DNA of 64,000 bases from Klebsormidium nitens (lineage: Eukaryota; Plantae; Klebsormidiophyceae): the NCBI GenBank assembly GCA_000708835.1, contig DF236952.1, forward strand, positions 310,001-374,000, read 5' to 3'. Of the stretch, positions 1 to 13,376 are shown one piece after another. The notes beneath the pieces were generated by a model. That model saw nothing but the letters and a program-made list of their open reading frames with translations. It searched no databases and was not told the origin of the DNA. The translations under genes and the position numbers were made by a program. Position 1 is the first letter of the stretch. Each line of letters opens with the position of its first letter.

Positions 1-2458
1 AATTTCTTGTCCCACGGCAAGACGACTTATATAAGCAAGCTGAGACTTGATAGCAGGGTACCAGCTACCAGCTACAAAATACCTAGGCAGGAAGGTCACT
101 TTCACTGGTGATTGCCCAGACGTCCTCCAAGCCGGAGCAGTGGCACTACTAGAGGCGCCGTAGGTACATACCTCACGTATATTTGAGTAGGTATTATTAA
201 GTATTACAAAATTCAGTACTCGACCTAGGTATCATAGTAGGTACGCCAGAGAAAAGCGCAGGGCATCTGGATTCCAGGAAAGCTCGGAGTTTCTTTCAAG
301 CTAGTACCTGCCCAGTCCATGATAAGATGACCGTCTTGCAAACCACGTGCTTATATCCTCCGTCCTGGATTGGGCGGAGGACACTTCGTGTCGCCAACCG
401 GCCTGCATGATGGGGGGCGGTGTCATATGCATTACACATACGGACCATTCCGAGATAACGACATCTGATTGTGATGTCCACATCTAGTTTCAACACTCTT
501 GTCCAATGAAACCAACATATCACAACTTTTCAGGGTTTGGTAAATTACGGGCTCGTTCTCTTAAACCCCGCCCGGCGGCCCGGTCCGGGCCGTTCCGCGC
601 GCCCGCCGCAGTGCAGCGCGGCAAGCGCTGACCTTTTGAATAACATCGCGACGATTTTGCAGTATGCCCGTATTACGTGCATTCCAACGTCCCGAGAAGG
701 AATGAAAGGCAAACAAGTTGTACATAAGCACAAGTTCCAATTGCAGTAACCTCGTTGAGCACGTTTGCGAATCCCCGATTTCGAATTGTTTATAATGCCT
801 CAAAAGGTGAAGCACTGCGCCAGGTTTGGAAGCAGACTACTCTTCAGGCAGAGTCCCCATTATTGAGTCAAGAATTGCGGAAACGTCTTGCTTCGAGAAG
901 GAGCCGGTGTTTGAGAAATGGCATTGTGGTCGCTTCAGCGTGGATCATCGTAGCTGGGAATTCTGCATCTTCTGGCAGGTACATGTTGTCAGCTCAGAGA
1001 GGCTAGCGTGATGTTTTTGGAGCGCTCCTGGACTGCTGAAGAGGGAGGTGTCACGAGAACCAGAGAAAGTCTCGGGAACATCAGTACCTCGTCATCCTAC
1101 CTACTGTGCATAAAAGACATTCCATTTGAATGGATTGGTGTTTGCCCTTTCCTTTCAATGCCTAAGCTTTTCTCTTCTCACAATTGGTGAACGACCTGGC
1201 TTGAGCTGATTATGCATAGCATACTCATATGGATCACAACAATTTCTATCCAATTCACGCAAACAATAGCTTGTTTACCGTTGGGAATGGATTCGTGACT
1301 CTCCCTTTTTAAGAGGGCTCAGTTCGCAGGATGCTATTGGTGAATAGGCTTGAACCAAGCAAGCTGCTTTAAGCGGCTACATTGCAAGCAGTTGGTTGCA
1401 GTAAGCACTAAAAGGAGGCGCGACTATAAGCTTTCAACTTCAAAAGGAGGGATCGGGATGGCCGATTGATGATTGATCTTGACTAAAGAACTTCCATTCT
1501 TGTTTTAATAGACTACACAACCTTCGTGCTGGAAGCAAAAGAGCTGTCGCTAACGCTTGTCTTCAATGATTGAAAGAGGTTGGGACACTCCTCCAGGTGG
1601 CCCCGACAATGCTCTCCCTCACTGCTGCTTACATGCTGCAGTTTCGTGAGCTCGATGGCTTCCAGTCCTGTCGATGGATTGCCTATGATATTGTGAGAGC
1701 AAGAGACCCCGAGGTGCTCTCACCAGGCTTTATAAGGGCGTCCAAGGCCGGCTGCTTTCCAAACGAAGAAGGTTCCATCTTCCAGCAGCTTCCTCTCGTC
1801 TACAAGATCTCCCTTACCGCCTCTTCAATCCAACACTGCATATCCCGCTGAAGCAAGCACGCCAGAGCCTCTGCCGAAAGCAACAATGGCTTCCTCTCAG
1901 AAGGTAAGCTTGACGTGCGGGTCGATACTGATCTGTGATGAATTTGTGTGTCCACACCCTTTGTTTGCAAGTTTGAAGTCTGGCTAATCGTTCAAAGTTG
2001 TTAGCAGCTTCCCTGAAAGGGAAGGGCTGAAATGAAAGGGCTGTCTTGTCTCCTGGTTTTCTTCTCCTAGACTTTTCCGGAAAGTCTGAAATTCACGTTG
2101 CAGCCTTTGAAGGGTCGAGACGAAAAAGCATGCATTTGAGTGCACTTTGTGAAGAGTGGCGCAGTTGTCCTTCCATTCTGCATCGACAGTCTGAACACTG
2201 AGCCAGAACTTGGAGATGCATTCAAATAGATACTACTGTCTCCTTGGATTGCCGATCTGTACTAGGGCTGTCTGCACTTACCCTCCGCTGGGGAGCTCGA
2301 GACTCTCATGATAGAGAAGAGCATCAAACAGACAGAGAAAGGGGTCACCACTAGCGTAGAACGTGTGTTTCTTGCTTGGTCAAGGTCAGATCGAGATGAG
2401 CTGCCTCCGAATCAGGTATGATAAAGCTAACCGAAATCTATCTGTGCCTCAGATCGTT

Positions 2459-3957
2459 ATGATTCTCCTCCTCTGCGGGCTGGCCGCAGTCGCCGTCGAT
2501 GCTTGCCTGACCAGGTCGTGCGACACCTGCAATCCTTTTGGGTAAGAAAAACGCACAGAGAGCGAAACAAACTCAGTACAGCCGTTTGGTCACTGCTAAG
2601 GCTCACCTTGTCAAGCAGAGCTGGTCGATGTTTGTTAGAAGGTGAAACAAAATGAAACATAAGGGCAGCAGTGCCATTACAATTTTAGCACTCGTCTTCT
2701 GCAATAACTGGACTCGGCTGCTGCGTTGGTTGAACGCGCAAAGCGTTCGGTACATTTAGTCGAGTAAGATCCTTTTCTTGACCCTGTAGCGAACCTCAAT
2801 TTGCTGAGCATGACGTCGATTAAAGACTAGTGGAATTCGAGATGCGCTTTTGCAGAGAATGACGATTTGAGATTCAAAGACTGAGGTCCAAACCATCAGA
2901 AACGAAGGACACAAGTAATGCTTGTCCTCCTCGGTGTTTGCAGGCCTTACTGGAACGGCCAAGGCTGCGGCAAGGGGTCCAACATGGTGTTCAAGGATAC
3001 CATGCCCCGGGACAGCAACTCCACGACCTGCTGTGACACATGCGCGTGAGTGGAGAACGCAATCTTTCTTCAAATCATTCGATTCTTTGCTATGCAAGCA
3101 GACTCTGAGGTACTTTCAGGAATGCGCTTCCAGAGTTCAGATTTGCGCTTTTCTATTGACGCGTTCAGAACGCATCCTTGTCGAGCGTCCCAGGTTCGCA
3201 AGGCTTTCCTGAGCGCTTCAAAGGTAGTCCCACAGGATTGAAATTTATGATCTTCTCGAGCTTGGAACCTTAATACGCATTTTCGCGAAGCCCTGGCTGT
3301 AGCCTCCGGAGAACTTTCCCGCTTTTCCTTCTCGCATCCGTTCTGCGCTTTGAGGCCAGGGATCTCGAATAACCTTTAAGAAAGGCGACCGGCCGTTTTA
3401 TTGTTTCTTCTTCTTCCGCGCTTCTGCAGGGACGACCCGTGCTGCCTCTTCTGGGTGTACAACCCTGTGACCAAGGATTGCTCGGGCTACACCAACTGTA
3501 ACCGCCTGGACAACCAGCCCACGGTCCGCGAGTGGTTCGGCGACTGGAAGAACATCAGCGCTACCTGCAAGGGATACTCCCGAGTAAGCCATTTTCAGCG
3601 TCGTGTAGAAGTCCCATTCGATTTTACATTGACGTAAGCGAGTGCTCAGGCGCTCAGGCATGGGGTGTGATCATCTTGCAAATTGTGAAGCTTTAGAGTT
3701 CCTGAGGTCACGACGTCCGCAATTGACTTGAGTCATGTTTGCGGTACTAACACCGTCGTCTGTTGACGTGGCTCCGCATCTGGAGGTGTCATAATAATCG
3801 TTTGCCGGCTACACGAAGGGACTGTACGTCAGACTGACGTCTTTCTCTTTCTTGGCAGTTCCCGGACGCTCAGATTGGCTTCCCTGGCTTCTTCAACGAA
3901 AGCCGTGGCAAAAACTACACGGTTGGCGAAAACCCCCAGGTCAACGGCACCAGATAG
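2459..3957 (+). CDS. Small secreted cysteine-rich protein A (PAN/apple-like core), 4 coding exons
   Basis: Exons ~2459-2514, 2944-3045, 3430-3583, 3859-3957 join in phase (2,2,0) through GT-AG introns: MILLLCGLAAVAVDA-CLTRPYWNGQGC...TTCCDTCADDPCCLFWVYNPVTKDCSGYTNCNRLDNQPTVREWFGDWKNISATCKGYSRFPDAQIGFPGFFNESRGKNYTVGENPQVNGTR*. Signal peptide plus 10 Cys. Confirmed by a paralog with the same exon structure at 6427-8210. Start codon uncertain (2396 or 2459). Confidence 0.8.
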
Positions 3958-4719
3958 ACAGTACTCTTGAAGCGGCCAAGTCTAAATTAGGGACTAGCTT
4001 GATGTCAGGAGTTTCGTCGCTTTTAGAGTGATTGGCGTACGAAGTAATCCACTTGCCAGGACAGACGGAGCTAGCAACCCACTCTTTGACCACTTTTTAG
4101 CCGATCACATACCATCTGACATCGTACAAGCTAGAGACCGGGCTTTGACTTGACCTTTACTTTGTTTCCTGCGATTCAGTAGCTGATACGCCAGACCGAT
4201 AGGATCACGAACTAAGACACTTTTTGAAGTACGATTTGCGTTTCCTGACCTGGTCGCACACGATTTGTTCTCATACAACTCAAAGCTCCAATGGCTTGCG
4301 GGGAAGAGAAGATGGATTCCTCATAGACACTCCTTGAGGGATAGACTATCCAGCTTCCGGTTAGCAAACTTCGGATTCTGACTTGTTTATCCATGATGAT
4401 GTTGAAGGGGAAGCATGTATTCCCGAGATTGACTCTTTTGGCCGCACAAGAATGAGACGGACCCGCGCCCAAGTGACGCGTCGCGGCCGCAGAGCTGAAC
4501 GCCGCGCGGTACCGGGGCGCGCAAAGCGTGCTCGGTCCCGACCTGACGGAACGGGTTGCAAAGAGACGCTCAAGAAGCCGGTGCGCGCGCGACGTAAGCG
4601 CGCGCAGCTTGAGTATTGATAGGCTTCCCTGACTAGCTGTACTGCTGCCGGTGCGAGAAGTCCTGAGAGGTCGGTGACATCCAATGTCGCCCTTGCATTT
4701 TTGGATCACGTCATCCTTC

Positions 4720-6050
4720 AGGCAAAAGACAAGCTGAGCAGACGAGCAGATCCATTGGCGAGAAGCACAGAGTAGTTACTCTCAAATCTTACTGCGCTCA
4801 GTCGTACGCCTCTTCTTAAGACTTCCTCCTCAAGTTTAAGGTCAAGCCGAAGCCAGGACTACAGTATCGAATGATCCGAGAAAGAGAGCATTTTTTCCTC
4901 ATGATAGTATTGCATTATACGAGCCTCGGGGCATTTGAATATGAGTGGCATATAGGCGTAAGCTGGGCTTGAAGTATCTGGCATGGGTTAACTGTAAGCA
5001 GTTCAAATGCAAGGATAGGTATGACCTACGTAAGTGAAGACGTTCGAAGGTTGTGATAGATTCTTGCAGGCGACGATAGAAAAGAAAGGGACAGAATAAC
5101 TTCCTTGCTTCCTCAACAACTGAATATGCAGTACTACTAATATCTTGCTCCCTAAGATCGATTTTCACTTCCGCGGAGTCCATTATATGAAGGCAAGTAT
5201 TCTGACGGACCTCTTTTCGTCCCTCGAACTCCCTGCGCATGTACCTCGTCATGAACGCGTGTACTACTGAAGTATAGCTGAGATATAGCTGCGCTCCTCG
5301 CCAAAGAAGGATCTTTCTGCTATCCAACGCTACAGCAACTCAATAAGATACATACGAGTCACTGAGTGTTGCTTCGTCAGCACCGGCTGATCGAATGAAA
5401 GACGCTTACTATCTGAAATACATAGCAATGCATGTCGTCATCAAAAGATTGAAAGGCAAAAGGTGACTTCAAGTTGGAAGCCTATTGAGATTGGAAAGGT
5501 CACCTCAACCGCAAGCACGGATGGAATCCTACCTCCTGTACTGGGGCTTCCTGCTGACTAGACTCCTCGATCGTGGCAAGCAGCAAGGGTATTAAGACAC
5601 ATGAGTCCCTACAAGTAGGACGGCTCAATCTCCCTCCAGTGCGCCCTGCAATAGGCTCATCTTGAAGCTGTATATAGCCGTCTCAGCTTTGGCCAGTCTT
5701 TTCATTCTCGCTGAATCTTCCAGACTCCTTCTCAAGCGGTGCTGGAAGTCTCCGCCTGGAACGGCTCTGGCGGAAAGCAGCCTCTAGCTTGACACGCTAC
5801 CCAAGGCGCCGGTGCGCCAATGGCGGTTTCTGCGGGAAAGGTGAGCTTCTACGCCAGAGAAAATCCTGCTTTCTTGTGGGACCTAAGAGGTATCAGAAGG
5901 GGCCGGGAATTGAAGGTGATAAGATAGAAAGTCTTGCCAGCAGCATGCGCATGATTTCCATGTCTTCTTGCTTTTTCGTTCTTGATAGCAGCTCTTCAGA
6001 ATGCTCTGTCCGCAAAACTCTTTTGTCTGTTCACAACATGCTCTGGCTAT
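4720..6050 (-). other. Possible degenerate or unresolved gene (protein-like ORF fragments) between the two secreted-protein paralogs
   Basis: Fragments RLRRSLEDSARMKRLAKAETAIYSFKMSLLQGALEGD (~5620-5780), the 142-aa ORF 4899-5327 and SWLRLDLKLEEEVLRRGVRLSAVRFESNYSVLLANGSARLLSLSFA* (~4720-4860). I could not join them into one consistent splice model and recognise no family. Confidence 0.25.
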
Positions 6051-6426
6051 AACAGTAGTGTCCTTTTCCTAGGGTCGTCTTTCAGGTACCATATTCCAGA
6101 GCTGCTCGATAAAGTTCGGAGTACTTAGCAAGATTATTATTGATGGATCATTTTGAAGGGAAGCAGTGGTTTCGAAGTTGACGTCATTTTAACGAGAGTA
6201 TCGTGCCTCGTTGGTTTGTATATGTCCTCGGTCATGGCTGCAACTCTACTGTGTTGAGCAATCAGCTGATTTCCTTCCAGTCTATGACTGAAATTGTCCT
6301 CTCAATCCCTCTGTCATTTGTTGTTTTGGTGCATGCAGTTGAGCAGAATCTATTCTTCTGCTATTTGAAGCAAATATTTTGTCTCTGCCTTCGGTATACT
6401 GAGCTGTCAGCATCCACTTTTGGCAG

Positions 6427-8210
6427 CTCTTCGCGTTTCTGCTCCTGTTCATTACGGCTGCAGTGGCAGTTCAGGCCTGCACCGAAGAGTGTGCCGGCTG
6501 CAACGCCTATGGGTGAGTCGATAATCTTGCGCGTCTGACATGAGGAGGAATGATCATCGTACCTTTCTGCCTTAGCTCAGAGATGTAGGTCAGCACCTCC
6601 TTACTGTGGCCATGAAAGATGAGTTGCTGGCTGCTGTCGTCTTGTCCACTCAAAGCCTTATATTCATTGCTGTCATAATATTCGTAATTATGCACTTCCC
6701 GCCTCTCAAGCTCATTCGTCGATGTCTGACAATCTCAACGGACGGAGGAAAGTTGAGTGTTGGCCGGAGCGACAATAAGACGCTCGTTTCTCTCTTCCTT
6801 GCACAGGGCTTACTGGAACGGTCAAGGCTGCGGGGAAGACTCGAACCAAGTCTTCTCCGTGACGTTGAAGAACGGGACCGACCACAAGGCCTGCTGCGGA
6901 GCTTGCGTGTGAGGCCCTCACTCAAGCATCCTCGTCTTTTTCTCATTGTGCGGTTTCAGCGGAATCCTTGTGGACAATTATTTCAGGGAGCCTTAGAACC
7001 TGATCATCCACATATTTGCGTTCTGCTTCCTTTCGAGAGGCTTAGTTTGAAGACTGAAGCCCGCGGAGTCAATCAAAGGTCCGCTCATTGCGACTTCGTT
7101 CCAAATTTTTCAGACCTTCAAAGAGCGAATGATGCTGAGGGTCGCAGCTTAGAAGCAACATAGTAACGAATCCTCTCGCGATTGCCAGGAACTCGTTAGA
7201 GACGTCTTTCGAGCACTTTCACTTTCGTTTGAAGTTTCGAGGAGCGATTGTGTGCTAGTCAGCTCGATGCTGATAACTGTGGCATACCAGGTCCAAGGAT
7301 GAATAAGACCCTGCAATATGAAAGACTTGGAGGCCTTTTTGGACCGAGTTGGCTCGCTTGAGACCTTTCCATCAAACTGAGGTATCAAACAACGTTGCCC
7401 TAACCTGGTTGTGACTCCAAGATGTCCGGCTTTGTACAGTAAGTCCGCGTGCTGCCTCTTCTGGGTGTACGACCCCAGTAAGAACACCTGCAAGGGCTAC
7501 TCCAACTGTAACCGCATCGACGGCCAGCCCACGGTGCGTGAGTGGCTCGGCGACTGGAAGGTGCTCGACTTGACCTGCGAGGGCTACTCTGAGGTGAGTT
7601 TCTTGAGGGGTGATCTTCCTGGATTGAGCCATAGTCCTTCGGTTCCGTTCAGCGTTCGAGGGATTCCCATCTCATCGTGCGTCTCACACTCGCAGAATCA
7701 GTAGAGGAGACCTTGTTTGGGCACGTTGGTTCTATCTCTCTTCCCGCGGTCTTCGTAGCTGATGAGCACAGGCCAACAGGAATGAAATTTCTTACGCTAC
7801 TTCATTTGCGAGATTAGGTTTTACTTGGCCGTTGCAAAACGAAAATAAGAAAGTTGGATCTCATACATTCCTTTTCTGTACAGCCTTCGACAAGCGAGAG
7901 TTACGCTTCTACTATGCTGAATGATGTCCTTCAACAGCGCAGCTTCGCCCGCTACTTCGCTCTGTTATTCAAAAAATGCCAACCCTGGTTTGGTTACACT
8001 TTCTTATGCCTTTCGATCTGCTTACTGCCATCATGTGTGCGAGAGTGTTCCGGGTTTGACGTTCAAAGTCCTTCCGGACTTGCTTGAGCTGACTGCCGAC
8101 TTAAATCATCCCTTTCGCAGCAACCCGACGCACAGATTGATTTCCCCGCGTTTCGCATCAACAACAAGTCGTGGCCCGTAGGAAACAACCCTCAAGTTTA
8201 CGGCGACTAG
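6427..8210 (+). CDS. Small secreted cysteine-rich protein B (tandem paralog of A)
   Basis: Exons ~6427-6488, 6807-6908, 7440-7593, 8121-8210 with the same phases as paralog A: LFAFLLLFITAAVAVQA-CTEEAYWNGQGC...KACCGACVKSACCLFWVYDPSKNTCKGYSNCNRIDGQPTVREWLGDWKVLDLTCEGYSEQPDAQIDFPAFRINNKSWPVGNNPQVYGD*. The ATG must lie in a short upstream exon (candidate ATG TCC TCG|gt at 6222). Confidence 0.8.
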
Positions 8211-9438
8211 AACCGGCGCCTCGGACAGCCCGAGATACCGTGCACTTCCCGTAATTGTTCGGTGTGCTTTAATAGACCTTTCAATGTCGACCATCAAGGT
8301 TGCGCTTTGATCGACGTGTAACATTACATGCTCCATCCGCAAGTGACAGCAAAAACTTCCTCACTTCGTGCTCGTGTAGAAAATGTTTTCCAATCAACAA
8401 CCACTCTCTCTAGAGCATCGTTCGGTCTATCCCTGATAGAGGCGTGGCCTGTCTGGCAGGGACGTGTAAACAGAATTGTCTTGAAATAGCGACTGTGATA
8501 CTTCATGACCAACTTGCACCTGCTTAGTGTTCTCGTACAAGACCTGGAGTCAAAACACATACAAATGCGATGCTTCCATGAACAAGTAAATTGAGGTTAC
8601 CATTCTTCAAAGAAGCTGTGTGTAAGGGTTCCAAATCCCGTTGGAATCAATATCTTTCAATTCAAGATGATGAAAAATCTTGAACATGATACTTCGGATG
8701 ATAATTTGATGATGGCCTACGCAGCCTGCAACTCAGTAGCCGGACGTGCACGTCCTGCGCCCATCTGTGGAAGCGACATTCTAGCTCACTAGCTCCATGG
8801 AATTCCAAGGTGCTGTAAGCGTCAGATGCCGTGCTTCTGGCTTTTATCAAGAGGCTTATACGGAAATCCTGAAGGCTATGGCGTCAACCATTGGACTTTC
8901 ATACCTCAAATCTTTGAGTTCGTGAAGCATACAAAATCCATCGATCCAACGATCGTGAGAAAATCGAGGAGTTTGTGTGAGACCGCCGGAACGTCGCTTT
9001 GAAACGAATCGGTATGAATATCAAAACTCTGGACAAAGACAGTATGCTGCAAAATCGGTGCGCATGCAATCATCGCCCAACGGTACTTAGTATGCCACAC
9101 ATACCATGCATTCAAAAATATGCTGAAGCATTATCGTACATATGAACACCGTTGCAAGCGGGCTCACCGGATCGCCATGCAGACCAATTGCAGCACACAT
9201 GCGGGATTTCGTTCTCTCTATTCACGTAAATTGTCAAATCGGATGATCCTGTCCAAAAACTCGTTGCCGTGACCTCTGGCATGAACGTCTTGCATTCCGA
9301 GAAGAGCATGGCATTACGATTGCATGCAGACAGCGGCGCTGTTGGTGAACATCGGAAGCCCAGTTGACGCACTCCATCCGCTAGCCGTTACACAACGACA
9401 CTCACCAGATATGCCCGGTAAAGCGCAGGCTGCCAACT

Positions 9439-12400
9439 TCATGGTGGACCTTCATCTTTTTTCAAAACCGAGGGCACTGTTGTATCAGATTGGCTCTTAG
9501 CCTCGTCTCTCTTTGCAGTACTTCGCAACCACTGCGGCCAGACGTTATCAAACAAGGACGGTTTCCGGATCGGAACGTTTACGTCAACATTGTCAGCACT
9601 TCCTTTCGTTTGACCTGCGTGCTTGATGTTCCCCTCAGCAAGACCCCGTTGTCCCAACGACTCTTCTGGCCCCGCTTTACAATCATTCTCATTCCGGCTT
9701 GAAGCTGCAATCTCCCTCCCGTCTCTTGTTCCGTCCAGAGCCGCCCCTGGCACAATCCGTCCGCCTTCGCCCTCCCTCTGTCGCACACTGTCTTCCAAAC
9801 CCTTCAAACCCCGCTCCAACTCCGCGACCTTGGCTCGAAGCCACACTAGTTCCGCTTGTGACGCACCGCCGTTACCCGACCCGTCTAGTCCTTCTTTGCG
9901 CACCGCTTGAGTACTCCCGGCCTCCTTTCCGGTGCGCTCTTCAGCGGATTCCGGACCTCGTTTCTCCGTCACTTGCCGAGAGGGACCGACTTCGGAGGAC
10001 GGCCCGCTTTCAGCAACCCGCACAACTTTCTCCCCTCTCTCGTTCTTTGCCTCCCCTGGCTGCCTCTCTCCGTCTCGACTACTCAAAGCCCCTCGTTTTT
10101 CGGACAACCTTTCCAGCGCCGCAATCTGGCTTTCGTCCAGGTATGCCCGCGCGCGCTCAAGCTTGCGGTCGGCGCGCTCCGCCACATGTCGCTGACTTCT
10201 GCTCCGGACGCTCTTTGACTGCTCCGAACCGTCCGCAACTTGCTTCGAACCGTCCGAAATTCGATCTGGACCGTCCACGGCCTGGTTCGAACCGTCCGCA
10301 GCTAGATTCAAACCGTTTGCGGCTTTGTTCGGACCGTTCGAAGAGTACAGAGCGTCCAGCTTTGCCTGCAGCTCGGCTTTCTCCTGTTCTTGCAGTTCCT
10401 GCCAGGAGCGTAACAAGAGTGAGAATATTTAATAGGACAGCGCTCAGATATTCTACTCAAATCCAAGCAATTTCTTCTATGCGAGGGAGGAATTGGAGTG
10501 CGCTCTAGCATCGTTGATATTCTTGGTCTGCAGCTTCCAGCAAATACTCTTAAGATGTGATCCAGAAGAACATGGATTTATCGATCGGGTCTCAGCTGCA
10601 CTACGTTGAGATCAACGGACCCTCGCGATTCGTGTCATGCGAAACCTCCTTCAACAAGTTCAGTCTAAACAATTTCTGAGCCGCTACGCTCAGATAACGA
10701 CCCACCCAATAGTGCTGCCGGTTCAATTACAGGTCTGGTCAAAGTAGCCAGATCCATGGAAACGTGATAAGGGGAAAGGCAAAATAGAAATCCAGATCCC
10801 TGAAAGACGGAGTCTGAGCAAAGCGTCGTTCTCAGCATATACTTGATTACATAGGATGACTCGCAGTGATCAGCAGCGTTTACAAGCCATCCAAACCGCT
10901 GGGAGTTGTCAGATCACAAGCAGGGCAACGCGATGCGAAAATTATGAAATCCTATCAGTTCCTCTCAAGGACACTCACAGCTTTCAAGATTAAGCGGAAA
11001 AGGGGCGGTCGATACCAACCTGTATCGCAGACAAGAAAATGATTGAACCCAAATCACAAACCTGGAGCCTACGACAGACTTCAGTCAATCGGAATTGATG
11101 ATGAAGCGAAAAAAGCTCACCTTCTCTTTCTGCCGAATCACCCGCCGAATGAGCTGCGCCGAAACGTAGATAACTGCATAGCAGCAGACGTCTTCTTGAA
11201 CATCCGGTTACGAGCATAATTGTGGAAGCAGTGACTGTTTGCATTAGCAGAGATTGTTGCAGAAAGGGTGCATCAGCTGGGGACAAAGTACAATTCAGAG
11301 TACAGGGAGAACGCACTGTAAGTGCAACCTTTCACAGCAATTGGCCAAGTCGGCTCTTAGGTTGCTCGTGGACTGAAAGCTGCAAAAAGCTGTTCAGATT
11401 GTTTAGCCAATCGGATGGCTTTTCAGATCCACGTGGTGATACAAGGTACATACCAGAGGAGAAATATGGCTTGAAAAGTACCGGACCTCCTACCTCTCNN
11501 NNNNNNNNNNNNNNNNNNNNNNNNNNNNNNNNNNNNNNNNNNNNNNNNNNNNNNNNNNNNNNNNNNNNNNNNNNNNNNNNNNNNNNNNNNNNNNNNNNNN
11601 NNNNNNNNNNNNNNNNNNNNNNNNNNNNNNNNNNNNNNNNNNNNNNNNNNNNNNNNNNNNNNNNNNNNNNNNNNNNNNNNNNNNNNNNNNNNNNNNNNNN
11701 NNNNNNNNNNNNNNNNNNNNNNNNNNNNNNNNNNNNNNNNNNNNNNNNNNNNNNNNNNNNNNNNNNNNNNNNNNNNCGACGCGCAACCTTACCATAAAGG
11801 ACCTGGTCGGACATTGATAATTCCCCTTCTAACCGTCATGTTTGAGACCTTAACCACCATGGTCATGACTTCGACCAACCACCAGAAAAGGAAAATCCTT
11901 ATCTCTAGGAGAGAATGGAAAGCCAGCTCACTTGCTGAGGGGGCCAGGGCCACAATGAACATCCAGAGGTGGAAATCGAACCTGCAGACACAGGGTGCGT
12001 TAGGCAGCACACTTTCAGAAGCTGCAGGGCATCGACTGGGACACGTACAAGCGCACCAAAGTCTTCAGAACAAGTGGGAAGGCTTGAGTCCAAAATTCCG
12101 TTGGGAGTCCAATCGCTGACATATTCAAGTCAGCTATACCACCATTTACATTAAGTGAATCACCCAACTGAGTTTTGATGCACAAATAACCGCCATGACA
12201 AGGAAGAGTGTAAGACCTTGAAAAAATGTGCAAAACTTCGTTCACGGAAGGGAAGCCGAATCAGTGAGGACGTTGACTTTCCAGATAGTATCTCTTAAGT
12301 AGTTGTTCCACAGCCCCACCAAACGAGAGAGAGCGCTTCGACCTGCCACTAAGCTCGTTTCAACACTTTGAACCAACACCTGAGACTGCTTCAATTCCTC

Positions 12401-12741
12401 AGCTGAATATCAAAGCACAATAATCTCAAATTCAGTGGGACAGGCCTCCATAATCACCTCTCATCGGCTTCTCTAGTTTGAGCTAGCGCAACCTACCCTA
12501 AGCGCTTTGGTTTGACTGGCGGCTTGCTCAACACGTCCGCAGCCTCAAAGAAACCCATCCTCTTCTGACCAAAGTCGTCAATTGCACTGGATCTTCGCTT
12601 CTCGTCGACAGTCCCTTCTTGCAGACTCCTGCTCTCCTTTCCTGAAGCCACGCACCGCACATACGTACCACCATATTTCGGAAGGCCCTGCACTGCTGTT
12701 CTGAAATGTACAAGAATGCGGGCTCTTGCAAGCTGGATCAT
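9439..12741 (-). CDS. Single-pass membrane protein with coiled coil and long low-complexity C-terminus; possible mitochondrial presequence
   Basis: Exons ~12497-12741, 11932-11981, 11121-11173, 9439-10398 join in phase (2,1,0): MIQLARARILVHFRTAVQ...KPPVKPKRLG/FDFHLWMFIVALAPSA/IIYVSAQLIRRVIRQKEK/ELQEQEKAELQAKLDALY. From memory the core resembles a conserved uncharacterised land-plant family (YHxxQxFxAxxPSxAVYLVAQYAR); this needs a search to confirm. Confidence 0.7.
10225..10340 (-). repeat. Coding minisatellite, 6 units, exact 21-nt period
   Basis: CCGTCCG-like cores at 10229, 10250, 10271, 10292, 10313, 10334; encodes a 7-aa repeat such as ADGSNQA/VDGPDRI/SDGSKQV. Confidence 0.9.
11499..11776. 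other. Assembly gap (N run) inside an intron
   Basis: Run of Ns between exons 2 and 3 of the 9439-12741 gene; the flanking exons still join in phase. Confidence 0.98.
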
Positions 12742-12995
12742 TGCTGAGAGTAGTGCGATCAGCCTTACTAGCAGACATGGGATCTAGCTAACGAAATGAG
12801 TGGAGTGCGATACATTGCAGGAAGGTAGCCAATGGTGGCTAAGTAAGCAAAGACACAGCTTGGGGACCGGAAATGAGACTGAATCAGAAAGCTAGAAGCT
12901 GAAGAGCTATCAACTGTAAATCTTCAAAAGTATTCTACTGAATAGAAACTTAGAGCTGGAAGCGCCTCAAACGTCTTCAGAGCGCTTGCCCTTCC

Positions 12996-13016
12996 TTCAA
13001 CTTCAAGTTCAACTTC
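12996..13016. promoter_or_regulatory. (TTCAAS)n motif in a divergent intergenic region
   Basis: TTCAACTTCAAGTTCAACTTC between the divergent starts at 12741(-) and 13377(+); the same motif recurs at 21357 and 56582/56727. A regulatory role is inferred only. Confidence 0.4.
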
Positions 13017-13376
13017 CCACGATGGCATTGCTTGCAATGCAAAATGGCTGAACGTTCAAGAAAACCTTACAGCTAAGTTGACATAACCCAGATCCTGATT
13101 AAACGCCCAGAGTGACGCCGTTCACACCGTTTCTGCGGAGGTGGCGGCGACGAAGCTTCAAATCATTTCCCCCCAAAGTCAAAAGCTCATCCGTTACCTT
13201 TTCCGTTCAGGGAACGTCAGCCGCACTCGGCAGGGTGTTTGTGAGGAACGGGAGGTCAAGAAAAGGGTTAGCAAAGGGGTCGTCAGAACCTGCCTACCTA
13301 CCTAGCTCGGTGCTGCTTCATGGCAGTCACCTGTCCTCTCAACCCCGTTCTCCCTCAATCTCTGTCGCTCGCCACC

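Noticed and set aside
755-1905. ORF fragments with plausible splice sites (755-1011, 1570-1851)
   Set aside because: Could not be joined in phase into a stop-free model; no recognisable homology.
8300-9400. Chain of short minus-strand ORFs considered as a decayed viral or transposon gene
   Set aside because: No transposase, RT or viral motif; the position fits the 3' UTR and downstream region of the 9439-12741 gene.
9699-10508. 269-aa plus-strand ORF
   Set aside because: Antisense shadow of the GC-rich last exon of the 9439-12741 gene; Pro/Arg/Ser-rich with no motif.
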